Source: an uncultured Chloroflexia bacterium
Lineage (GTDB): Bacteria; Chloroflexota; Limnocylindria; Limnocylindrales; CSP1-4
Length of the DNA: 64,000 nt
Assembly (NCBI GenBank): GCA_963828165.1
Contig: CAWHDR010000001.1
Span: forward strand, 2,176,001 to 2,240,000
Reading direction: 5' to 3'
The notes under the pieces were generated by a model that saw only the letters and a list, made by a program, of their open reading frames with translations, made no database searches and had not been told where the DNA came from. Every line of letters begins with the position of its first letter. Position 1 is the stretch's first letter. This document shows, one piece after another, positions 32,046 to 40,772 of the stretch. The position numbers and the translations under genes are program-made.

Positions 32046-32827
32046 CCGGGACCGGCGGCACGATCCGCGTGGACGGGGTCGACCTGTCGTTCCCGGTCCG
32101 CGGCGGGGGTCGCCTCCCCGTCCTCGATGGCATGACGCTCGACGTCGCCGGTGGCGGGATCGTGGCCCTCATCGGACCGAATGGCTGCGGCAAGTCAACG
32201 CTCCTACGCGTGATCGCCGGGCTGCTCGCACCCCAGCGGGGCACGGTGACACTGGACACGGCTCGGATCGTGGAGCCCGACCCTCGGATCGGCCTGGTCT
32301 TCCAGGAGCCGCGCCTGCTGCCGTGGCGATCGGCCGCTGACAACATCACGTATCCGCTGGAGCTGGCCGGCTGGCCGCCGACCCGCCGCTCGAAGCGCCT
32401 GGCCGAGCTCGAGAAGCTCGTCTCACTCGACCCTAGGGTGAGGGGTAATCGGCCCGCCGAGCTCTCCGGCGGGACCCGTCAACGGGTCGCGCTCGCACGT
32501 GCCCTCGCGCTCGAGCCCGAGGTGCTGCTCCTCGACGAGCCATTCAGCGCGCTCGATGCGCTGAGCCGCGAGCGGTTCGACCTGGAGCTGTTGGGGCTCT
32601 GGGAGCGCGCCGCGTCGACGATCGTGCTGGTCACGCACAGCATCGCGGAAGCGATCCTCGTTGCGGATCGGATCGTCGTGATGTCGCCACGACCGGGACG
32701 TGTGGTCGCGGACATCCCTGTTGAGCTGTCGCGTCCGCGCTCGATCGAAGACCTGGACGCCGCCGTCGTGTCCGAGACGGCACGCCAGGTTCGTCGACAC
32801 CTCGGCGAGGGCGAGGTAGCGGCGTGA
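32042..32827 (+). CDS. NitT/TauT-type ABC ATP-binding protein
   Basis: GPNGCGKST, VFQEPRLLPW, LSGGTRQR, LLDEPFSALD, VTHS. Confidence 0.92.
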   Translation: MTGTGGTIRVDGVDLSFPVRGGGRLPVLDGMTLDVAGGGIVALIGPNGCGKSTLLRVIAGLLAPQRGTVTLDTARIVEPDPRIGLVFQEPRLLPWRSAADNITYPLELAGWPPTRRSKRLAELEKLVSLDPRVRGNRPAELSGGTRQRVALARALALEPEVLLLDEPFSALDALSRERFDLELLGLWERAASTIVLVTHSIAEAILVADRIVVMSPRPGRVVADIPVELSRPRSIEDLDAAVVSETARQVRRHLGEGEVAA

Positions 32828-33573
32828 GTTGGTCCAATTTTTGGTCGGTCGCGGCCGCCGCGATGGTGTTCGCTCTGACCTGGAACATGGTCGTCATCGT
32901 CAGCGGGTTCCCGCCTTACATTCTTCCCCCGCCCACCGCGGTCGTCGGACGCTTCGTGTCGGCATGGGGCCAGGGGATCATCCAGCCGCATCTGCAGACG
33001 ACCCTCGTCGAGGTCGCGCTCGGTTTCGCGGTCGGCGCCAGTCTTGGGCTCATCGTCGGGTACGCGCTCGCGCGCAGCGCGCTGGTCGAACGGCTGGTCT
33101 CGCCCTATCTCGTGGCGGCCCAGGCGACGCCGATCCTCGCCTTCGCGCCGCTGATCGCCTTGTGGTTCGGGCCCGGTCTTGGAGGCAAGGTTGTCATCTG
33201 CTCGCTCATCGTGTTCTTCCCGGTCGCGGTCTCGACCATGGTCGGGATCCGGTCCGTCGATGCGGGCCTCCTGGAGTTGGGTCGGTCGCTTCGGGCGACC
33301 CGCCGCCAGATCCTGACGACGCTCGAGATCCCGGCCGCGCTCCCGTCGATCCTCGGGGGGATGCGGGTGGGGGTCACGCTGGCCGTGGTCGGCGCGATCG
33401 TCGGTGAATGGGCGGGTGCCGAACGCGGCCTCGGGGTGCTCGTCAATCTCGCCCGCGGGTCCCTCTTCGATATCCCGCTCATGTACGCCGCGCTCGTGAC
33501 CATCGCGACGATCGGGATCGTGCTCTACATCGCCGTCGTCCTCGTCGAGCGCCGCCTCGTCGGCGCCCGCTAG
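32824..33573 (+). CDS. NitT/TauT-type ABC permease (RibX-like)
   Basis: YILPPP, QATPILAFAPL, PAALP, AIVGEW. Confidence 0.9.
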   Translation: MSWSNFWSVAAAAMVFALTWNMVVIVSGFPPYILPPPTAVVGRFVSAWGQGIIQPHLQTTLVEVALGFAVGASLGLIVGYALARSALVERLVSPYLVAAQATPILAFAPLIALWFGPGLGGKVVICSLIVFFPVAVSTMVGIRSVDAGLLELGRSLRATRRQILTTLEIPAALPSILGGMRVGVTLAVVGAIVGEWAGAERGLGVLVNLARGSLFDIPLMYAALVTIATIGIVLYIAVVLVERRLVGAR

Positions 33574-33591
33574 CCCCAGTCGGAGGATTCC

Positions 33592-34749
33592 GTGTCATCA
33601 AGAAATCGCCCCCTCGTCCTCGTGGCTGCTGCCGTGATCGCGCTCGTCGCCGTCCTGGTGCTCATCCCTCGCGGTACGCCGTCCGGCGAACCCGGCACCA
33701 GCGGGCCGATCCCCACGTGTCCTGGTGATATCGACCGGACGACGCCGTCCGCGTCCTGCCCCGCCGAGGCATCGGGCTCGGTCGGGCCGAGCGACGAACC
33801 CAGCGCCGGCGCGAGCGACGAGCCGAGCCAGGAGCCCGTCGCGCTGACTGTCGGCCTCGGGTTCATCCCGAGTGTCCAGTTCGCCCCGTTCTACTTGGCC
33901 GACCAGGCCGGCTACTACGCGGAAGCCGGTGTCGACGTCGAGTTCCAGAACAAGATCGACCCGGATCTCGTCACGCTCGTCGGACAGGGCTCCATCGACA
34001 TCGGGCTGGCCGACGGGACGAGCGTCATCCCGGCGGTCAGCCAGGGCATCCCGATCAAGTACGTGGCCACGATCTACGGCCAGTTCCCCTCGATCGTGTT
34101 CTCGAAGGCATCGACCGGGATCAGGACGGCGGCGGACCTCGCCGGGAAGAAGGTCGGGATCCCAGGGCGATTCGGGTCGTCCTGGATCATGCTCCAGGCG
34201 CTGCTCGCCGACGCCGACCTCACGCCCGAGGACGTCGAGATCGTCGAGTACCCGGACTTCGGGCAGGGTGCCGCCGTGTCCCAGGGGGCGGTGGCTGCCG
34301 CGACCGGGTTCGCGAACAACGAGCCCGTCCAACTGGAGTTGACCGGGGAGGAGGTCACGGTCCTGCGCGTCGACGACATCGTGCCGCTTCCGGGCAACGG
34401 GTTGATCGTGGGCAACTCGACGCTCGAATCGAAGTCCGACGCCATCGCCGGGTTCATCGCGGCCACCCTGCGCGCGATGGAGGACATCGCCGAGAAGCCC
34501 CAGGTCGGGCTCGATGCGGCCTTCACGGCCGTCCCGGAGCTCGGCTCGGCCCCCGAGGTGCAGGCCGCGATCCTCGATGCCACGATCGAGGTGTGGAAAG
34601 GGCCGGCACAGGAGGCGCGCGGGTTCGGGGCCATCGAGCCCGCGGACTGGGAGCAGTCGATCGCGTATCTCCAGACGCTCGATCTGGTGCCGAACCCGGT
34701 CACGGTCGACGACGTCATCGAGACCGGCCTGTTGCCGGCACAGGACTGA
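33592..34749 (+). CDS. NMT1/THI5-like substrate-binding protein (RibY-like)
   Basis: N-terminal anchor; LGFIPSVQFAPFYLA, GIPGRFGSS, GFANNEPVQL. Confidence 0.85.
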   Translation: MSSRNRPLVLVAAAVIALVAVLVLIPRGTPSGEPGTSGPIPTCPGDIDRTTPSASCPAEASGSVGPSDEPSAGASDEPSQEPVALTVGLGFIPSVQFAPFYLADQAGYYAEAGVDVEFQNKIDPDLVTLVGQGSIDIGLADGTSVIPAVSQGIPIKYVATIYGQFPSIVFSKASTGIRTAADLAGKKVGIPGRFGSSWIMLQALLADADLTPEDVEIVEYPDFGQGAAVSQGAVAAATGFANNEPVQLELTGEEVTVLRVDDIVPLPGNGLIVGNSTLESKSDAIAGFIAATLRAMEDIAEKPQVGLDAAFTAVPELGSAPEVQAAILDATIEVWKGPAQEARGFGAIEPADWEQSIAYLQTLDLVPNPVTVDDVIETGLLPAQD

Positions 34750-36287
34750 CGGCCGTGCTCGGTGGGGTCCGGCCGACGGCGGCACGGCGGTCCTGGTGGC
34801 TCCGCGAGTCTCTCGCCGCGGAAGAGGCCGCCGCACCCCATCTGGCCGCGGCCGCGCCACCGTTGCGTGGCACCACGACGGCCGACGTCGTCATCGTCGG
34901 CGGCGGCTACACGGGCCTGTGGACCGCGCTGCACCTGACGGAGCTCGAGCCGTCGGCCAGGATCGTGCTGATCGAATCCGACATCTGTGGCGGTGGGCCG
35001 TCCGGGCGGAACGGCGGGTTCGTCACGAACTGGTGGGATGAGCTTCCGACGCTCATCGACCGCTACGGCGTGCCGGGTGCGATCGGCGTCGGTGAAGCGA
35101 TGGAGGCGGCCGTCGACGAGGTCGGCACGTTCTGTGCCACGAACGACGTGGACGCCTGGTTCACGAAGGCGGGGTCGCTGTCGGCGAGCGCGGCGTCGGC
35201 GCAGGACGGTGGCTGGATGCCGGCCGTGACCGCGCTCCGCGACCACGGTCTGGGCGACCGTCTCGTGCCGTTGACGGCGGACGAGGTCCGGGCGCGTGTC
35301 CGATCACCGGTGTTTCGCGACGGGGTGTTCATGCCGGGGGCGGCCACCGTCCAACCGGCGACGCTGGCCCGCGGGCTGCGGCGCGTGCTACTCGAACGTG
35401 GCGTCACCATCCACGAGGGCACCAGCGCGACCGAGATCGACGGTCAGCGGCCCGGTTGGCTCGGCGCCCTGGGTGCCGGGACCCGTCGTGCACCACGCCG
35501 CCGCGGCGCGGCCGGCGGACCGCGACCCGTCCGGGTGCGAACGATGTCGACGGCTGGCGACGGCGAGGTGCTCGCGGGATCGGCGGTCCTGGGGCTCAAC
35601 GCCTGGGCAGGAGCCTGGCCGTGGTTCGGACCGCGCCTCGTCACGTGGTCGTCGTACATCGTCCTCACCGAGCCCATCCCCGATCTCCTCGCCGACATCG
35701 GCTGGACCGGTGGCGAGGGCGTCGCCGACGCCAGGTTCACGCTCCATTACCTGAGGACGACACCGGACGGACGGATCGCGATCGGCGGCGGTGGCGGTCG
35801 GGCCGGGTTCGCCGGTCGGATCGGACCCGCGTTCACGGATGCGGCGGCCGATGCGAGTCGGGCTGCCGCGGGACTGCGTCGGCTGTTCCCGTCGCTTCGT
35901 GACGTGCGCATCGAGGACGCCTGGGGCGGGCCGATCGATATCAGCGCTGACCATCTGCCCTGGTTCGGGTCGGTGCGCGGTCGCCCCATCCACTATGGCC
36001 ACGGGTACAGCGGCAACGGCGTCGGGCCGGCCGTCGTCGGGGGACGGATCCTCGCGGCGCGGGCGGTCGAGCGCAGGGACGACCCGGCGCTCGCCCTGGC
36101 GATCGCAGACGGACGGCCGCCGCGGCCCTTCCCACCGGAGCCCGCGAGCTACCTTGGCGCGCGGCTGATCCGCGAGGCCGCCGTCCGGCGCGAATCGATG
36201 GAGGAACGTGGCGAGAAGCCCGGATTCGTGCTTCGCGAGGTCAGCCGGCTGCCCAGGCGGCTGGGCTATCACCTGGGGCCCGAGTAG
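34746..36287 (+). CDS. FAD-dependent oxidoreductase (DAO / PuuB-like); start at CTG 34746 or GTG 34755
   Basis: IVGGGYTGLW, GPSGRNGG, QPATLARGL, AWGGPID, GYSGNGV. Confidence 0.88.
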   Translation: MTAVLGGVRPTAARRSWWLRESLAAEEAAAPHLAAAAPPLRGTTTADVVIVGGGYTGLWTALHLTELEPSARIVLIESDICGGGPSGRNGGFVTNWWDELPTLIDRYGVPGAIGVGEAMEAAVDEVGTFCATNDVDAWFTKAGSLSASAASAQDGGWMPAVTALRDHGLGDRLVPLTADEVRARVRSPVFRDGVFMPGAATVQPATLARGLRRVLLERGVTIHEGTSATEIDGQRPGWLGALGAGTRRAPRRRGAAGGPRPVRVRTMSTAGDGEVLAGSAVLGLNAWAGAWPWFGPRLVTWSSYIVLTEPIPDLLADIGWTGGEGVADARFTLHYLRTTPDGRIAIGGGGGRAGFAGRIGPAFTDAAADASRAAAGLRRLFPSLRDVRIEDAWGGPIDISADHLPWFGSVRGRPIHYGHGYSGNGVGPAVVGGRILAARAVERRDDPALALAIADGRPPRPFPPEPASYLGARLIREAAVRRESMEERGEKPGFVLREVSRLPRRLGYHLGPE

Positions 36288-36396
36288 CGCCGTTCGGGCT
36301 CCACCGGCGAACCCGTCCGGAGCAGAAATCGGCCAAATCGGCTATCGTTGGTACTCCCCGCCGCACCTGACGTACCTCGCTGTGCAGGAGTCCCCG

Positions 36397-36585
36397 TTGA
36401 ACAGTCGCCCGCCCGTCAAGCCTGCCATCGCCAACGAGCCCTTCAAGCACGTGATCGATGAGTACAAGCACCAAGCTCAGACGATCACCTGCACGTGCGG
36501 CTGGCACGGTAGCTCGGCGACGATCGATCGCGCCGGCTCCGAGTGGACGGCCCACCTCATCGAGGTTCGCGGCAAGAAGCGCTGA
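36397..36585 (+). CDS. 62 aa putative zinc-binding protein
   Basis: AGGAG-N6-TTG start; H...CTCGW...W..H motif; followed by a terminator. Confidence 0.65.
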   Translation: MNSRPPVKPAIANEPFKHVIDEYKHQAQTITCTCGWHGSSATIDRAGSEWTAHLIEVRGKKR

Positions 36586-36607
36586 GCCCGAATACCGAAC
36601 GGACGAC

Positions 36608-36638
36608 GACCCGGATCGACCGATCCGGGTCTTTCTTT
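36608..36638 (+). terminator. Rho-independent terminator
   Basis: GACCCGGATCG-AC-CGATCCGGGTC followed by TTTCTTT. Confidence 0.85.
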
Positions 36639-36692
36639 GCCCGTGGCAGGGTCGCCGGTCGGCGACGTCGAACGCCTGCTAGCCTGTCGCGC

Positions 36693-38018
36693 GTGGACCT
36701 GCCTCAGAGCCCGCCATTCGCGCTCCGCGGTCGCCTCCTGACGCCCCTCGACGACGGCGGCACGACGTACGAGGCCAACGGGCTCCTGGTGGTGGACGGC
36801 TCCGGCCGGATCGCCTTCGCCGGCCCCGCCGATGCTCGGCCGGAGGAGGCGTCCGGTGCCATCGATCTGCGGCGATGGCTCCTCCTCCCTGGCATGGTCG
36901 ACCTGCACGCCCACCTGCCCCAGCTCCCGAACGCCGGTCTGGGCGCCGGCCTCGACCTGCTGACGTGGCTCGAGCGGTACATCTTTCCGCTGGAGCGTGC
37001 CTTCGATGCGGCGGCAGCCGAGCGGCTGGCCCCGGCCGCCTGGCGCGCCTTTGCGGGCGCGGGCACGACGACCGCGATGGTCTACGGAGCGGTCTACGAA
37101 GCGAGCCTGGACGCCACGTTCCGTGCGGCCGAGGCGCACGGGATCCGGGCCATCGTGGGCAAGGTGATGATGGACCGGGGGACCTACGACCCGACGATCG
37201 ACCCCAAGGTCATCCTCGATCAGAGCCTGGCCGAATCCGCGCGGCTGATCGATCGATGGCATGGGGCCGACGACGGCCGCCTCCGGTACGCGGTCACGCC
37301 GCGGTTCGCCATCACCTGCACGGCCGACCTGCTCCGCGAGTCCGCCGCGCTCGCCACCAGCACCGGGGCCTACTGGCAGACGCACGTGTCGGAAGACCGT
37401 GGCGAGATCGCGGAAGTCGCCCGGCTCTTCCCGGACGCCATCGATTACGTCGACGTCTACGACCGCGCCGGAGGGCTCGGAGAGCAGACCGTGCTCGCGC
37501 ACGCCGTTCATCTCTCCGATCGGGAGCTCGGGCGTCTGGTCGAAACCGGAACACGGATCGCCCATTGCCCCGTGTCGAACCTGTTCCTGGCGTCGGGGAT
37601 GATGCCACTGGGCCGGTACCTCGATGCGGGCATGAGCCTGGGGCTGGGCTCGGACGTCGCCGGGGGTCCGGACCTCTCGATCTTCACGGTCATGCGGACC
37701 GGCTTCTACGTGCAGAACGCCCGTCGCGTGGCCGGCGTCGAGGAGGGACGCATTCTCACGCCGTTGGACTGGCTGCGCCTTGGATCGCTGGGAGGAGCGC
37801 AGGCGCTGGGCCTCGGCGAGGTCATCGGCTCGCTGGAGGCCGGCAAGGAAGCCGACGTGATCGCGGTCGACCCGGCCTTCACGGCGCCGGTCCCGGGCGT
37901 GGAAGACGACGAGGCCGCGGACATCGCGAGTCGGATGATCTTCCGCTCACACCCCGACATGGTCCGAGCCGCCTGGGTCCGCGGCCGTCGCCTGGAGGGA
38001 CCCGGAGCTCGCGGGTGA
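36693..38018 (+). CDS. guaD: Guanine deaminase
   Basis: DLHAHLPQ, LLTWLERYIFP, VTPRFA, QTHVSE, AHCPVSNLFLASG, GSDVAGG. Confidence 0.92.
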   Translation: MDLPQSPPFALRGRLLTPLDDGGTTYEANGLLVVDGSGRIAFAGPADARPEEASGAIDLRRWLLLPGMVDLHAHLPQLPNAGLGAGLDLLTWLERYIFPLERAFDAAAAERLAPAAWRAFAGAGTTTAMVYGAVYEASLDATFRAAEAHGIRAIVGKVMMDRGTYDPTIDPKVILDQSLAESARLIDRWHGADDGRLRYAVTPRFAITCTADLLRESAALATSTGAYWQTHVSEDRGEIAEVARLFPDAIDYVDVYDRAGGLGEQTVLAHAVHLSDRELGRLVETGTRIAHCPVSNLFLASGMMPLGRYLDAGMSLGLGSDVAGGPDLSIFTVMRTGFYVQNARRVAGVEEGRILTPLDWLRLGSLGGAQALGLGEVIGSLEAGKEADVIAVDPAFTAPVPGVEDDEAADIASRMIFRSHPDMVRAAWVRGRRLEGPGARG

Positions 38019-38035
38019 CGGACGTTTCGCGGTCC

Positions 38036-38185
38036 ACGTGCACCGGGCGCTCCTATCGTCGAACGGACCTTGCCCCGATGCCCGTTTGTGCGCTCAGTGC
38101 ACGCCACCTCGGCTGAACGCTCGGATCGGCCCGCTAGCCGGGCTCGGTCGACGGTCCGTCCGACGATAGCGTCGTGGGATGCACG
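38036..38185. repeat. 150-bp palindromic element, copy 1 (downstream of the XRE gene)
   Basis: ACGTGCACC-N8-CTATCGTCGAA ... TCCGACGATAG...GATGCACG; direct repeat of 38976-39125 at offset 940 with no gaps. Confidence 0.9.
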
Positions 38186-38213
38186 GAAAGAGGCTGGCGG
38201 GCCCTCGGGTCGC

Positions 38214-38885
38214 CTATAGGAAGATCAGGGCCGAACCGCCCGGATGCTCGCCGCGGCTTAGTGCCGCCAGGGCGCGGCGGGCACTGATCGGGAAACGATC
38301 CGCGAGCGCCGCCGCGGCCGTGGCGATGGCGGCTCGGTTGGCGGGTGTGTCGGAGATCACGACGATGATGTGCTCGATCTCGGCGTCGCGAGCCTTCCGT
38401 TCGATTCGGCGGAACTGGGCCTGGGTGTCATGGATCCGAGTCTCGGCCTCCGCTGGGATGATGCGGTCGCGGTCGTTGGCGCTTCGAAGGCCACCGACGA
38501 CGCTGTCCCACGCCCGCAGGTCGTTCGCGATCGGCAGCGGGACTTCTATCCGGAAAGTCAGATCGGGATGCAAGCGAGCACGGAAGCGCGACAGGAGGGC
38601 TGCTTGAGCGGCATCGCGGATCGGATCCGGTCCGGGGTAGGCGCGAATCCGGACGTCCAGCCCGACGACCGCTCCGATCCGACCTAGCTGGACAGCCGTT
38701 ACCGCATCATGCCTCGACCGCTCGATCCGTCCGACCTGGGAACCAGACATCCCGACCGCGCGACCGACCTCTTCGAGTGTTAGTCCTGCGGTCAGCCGCG
38801 CTGCACGAAGATCAGAGCCCATCGAGACGAGATCCCGCTGGACGGTCCTGGTGCCCCGATCGACGACCCTCTCCTTGGCTGGCAT
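38214..38885 (-). CDS. XRE-family HTH protein with putative PD-(D/E)XK-like C-terminal domain
   Basis: LRAARLTAGLTLEEVGRAVGMSGSQVGRIER HTH; C-terminal FRIEVPL...RAWD...AEAETRIHD...RRIERKARD acidic pattern (nuclease call is inference). Confidence 0.8.
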   Translation of the reverse strand: MPAKERVVDRGTRTVQRDLVSMGSDLRAARLTAGLTLEEVGRAVGMSGSQVGRIERSRHDAVTAVQLGRIGAVVGLDVRIRAYPGPDPIRDAAQAALLSRFRARLHPDLTFRIEVPLPIANDLRAWDSVVGGLRSANDRDRIIPAEAETRIHDTQAQFRRIERKARDAEIEHIIVVISDTPANRAAIATAAAALADRFPISARRALAALSRGEHPGGSALIFL

Positions 38886-38975
38886 GACCACAGTCTGCAA
38901 CTGAGCCCTCTACGTCGGCTTATCCATGTGCATCAGGTGCCCTACCGGCGAACGGATGCGCGCAGCCCGCGATCT

Positions 38976-39125
38976 ACGTGCACCGGGTGCTCCTATCGTC
39001 GAACGGCTCCGGTCCCGATGCCTGTTTGTGCAGCGGGTGCACGCCACCAACACGGAACCTGCCGGAATCCGCCGGACTTTCCACTCGCTCAGCGTTCCTT
39101 CGACGATAGCGTCGTGGGGTGCACG
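38976..39125. repeat. 150-bp palindromic element, copy 2 (upstream of the XRE gene)
   Basis: Same conserved blocks as copy 1; ends ACGTGCACC-N8-CTATCGTCGAA and TTCGACGATAG-N8-GGTGCACG. Confidence 0.9.
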
Positions 39126-39164
39126 TGCACCGCCGGCGTGACCCCAACGCGCTAAGGTCCGGGC

Positions 39165-40766
39165 ATGAGTGACAGCGTCGATCTCCTGATCACGAGCGGC
39201 GCGGTCGTGGACGGCACGGGCGCGCCGCCACGACCCGGCACGGTGGTCGTCGAGGGCGACCGGATGCGGCTGCTCCCCGGGGACGCGCCGCTCCCTGAGC
39301 ACGTCGGGCGGCGCATCGACGCCACCGGCAAGGTCGTCGCGCCCGGGTTCATCGACCTGCACAGCCATGGCGGCCTGGTCATCCTCGCCGAGCCGCGCCA
39401 CGAACCCAAGGTCCGCCAGGGCGTCACGACCGAGATCGTCGGGGTCGACGGCAACGGCTTCGCCCCGTTCGAGACCCGGGAGGACCTGCTCGACTTCGTC
39501 GACCTCGATTCGGGGCTCGACGGCCGGCCCGACCTCGACTACGACTGGCGCACGGTCGCCGACTATCTCGCCCGCTACGACGGCACGGTCAGCCTCAACG
39601 TCGGGACCCTGGTCGGTAACTCGCAGCTCAGGATCGGCGCGCTGGGCTGGGACGACGTCCCGGCCGGTGATGGAGCCATCGATCGCATGCGCGGCATCCT
39701 GCGCGACGCGCTGGCCGAAGGCGCGGTAGGCCTCTCAAGCGGTCTCGACTACCCGCCGGGGAGCTACGCCACCACCGAGGAGCTCGCCGCGCTGACACGG
39801 ACCGCGGGCGAGGCCGGCGGCTTCTATCACACCCACGTCCGGTACCAGCTCGGCGATCGCTACCTCGACCCGTTCAAGGAAGCCATCGACATCGGACGCC
39901 GTGCCGGCGCACCTGCACACATCACGCACTTCTATCACCGCCAGACCCATCCAGGTGGCCCGGAGGCCCTCATCGCCCTGGTCGACGATGCGCGCGCCGG
40001 CGGCCTCGACGTCACGTTCGACACCTACCCGTCGGAGTGGGCGAGCACGCGGCTCCTCATCCAGCTTCCAGGCTGGATCCAGGAAGGCGGACCGAGGCCG
40101 CTCAAGCAACGCCTCGCCGACCGAGCTGCCCGCGATCGCCTGCGCGAAGAATTCTCGGCTCGCGGCGCGGCCTACACGGGACCGGGTGGCTGGGCGGACC
40201 TGCGCCTGGGCGCGTTCCACCGCCCCGATCTCCTGCGCTGGGAATCGATGACCATGGCGGACGTGATGGATGAGACGGGCAAGGACGCCGTCGACGTCAT
40301 CTGCGATCTGCTGCTGGCCGAAGACCTCGGCGTCAACCAGGTCACGAGCGGGCCGTGGTCCGAGACGCTGCGCGACTTCGTCAAGCATCCGGTCGGGATG
40401 GTTGGCACGGATTCCACGTTCATCGGTGCCAAGCCGAGCCCGCGGACCTACGGTTCATTCCCACGGATCCTTGGTCAGTTCGTGCGCGACGAAGGCCTCC
40501 TGAGCCTCGAGCAAGCCATCCACAAGATGACCGGTGCAGCCGCGGCCCGCCTGGGCCTCAAGCAGCGCGGAACGATCCGCGACGGTGCCTACGCCGACTT
40601 GGTCGTCTTCGATCCGGCGGAGGTTCGAAGCAACGCCACGTACGACGACCCGCGCCGCTTCCCGAGCGGCATCGACCATGTCGTGGTCAATGGCACCCTC
40701 GTCGTGGACAGCGGCACCCACACCGGCGCGTTCCCAGGACGTGGGATCCGCCTCGGGGCCGACTGA
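39165..40766 (+). CDS. N-acyl-D-amino-acid deacylase family amidohydrolase
   Basis: PGFIDLHSH, QGVTTE, SSGLDYPPG, HTHVR, PRTYGSFPRILG, ADLVVFDP. Confidence 0.88.
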   Translation: MSDSVDLLITSGAVVDGTGAPPRPGTVVVEGDRMRLLPGDAPLPEHVGRRIDATGKVVAPGFIDLHSHGGLVILAEPRHEPKVRQGVTTEIVGVDGNGFAPFETREDLLDFVDLDSGLDGRPDLDYDWRTVADYLARYDGTVSLNVGTLVGNSQLRIGALGWDDVPAGDGAIDRMRGILRDALAEGAVGLSSGLDYPPGSYATTEELAALTRTAGEAGGFYHTHVRYQLGDRYLDPFKEAIDIGRRAGAPAHITHFYHRQTHPGGPEALIALVDDARAGGLDVTFDTYPSEWASTRLLIQLPGWIQEGGPRPLKQRLADRAARDRLREEFSARGAAYTGPGGWADLRLGAFHRPDLLRWESMTMADVMDETGKDAVDVICDLLLAEDLGVNQVTSGPWSETLRDFVKHPVGMVGTDSTFIGAKPSPRTYGSFPRILGQFVRDEGLLSLEQAIHKMTGAAAARLGLKQRGTIRDGAYADLVVFDPAEVRSNATYDDPRRFPSGIDHVVVNGTLVVDSGTHTGAFPGRGIRLGAD

Positions 40767-40772
40767 TCGCGT

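Noticed and set aside
38214-38885. Ordinary transcriptional regulator of the purine cluster
   Set aside because: The C-terminus resembles no ligand-binding domain I recognise, and the paired fixed-length palindromic flanks fit an inserted module better; not fully excluded.
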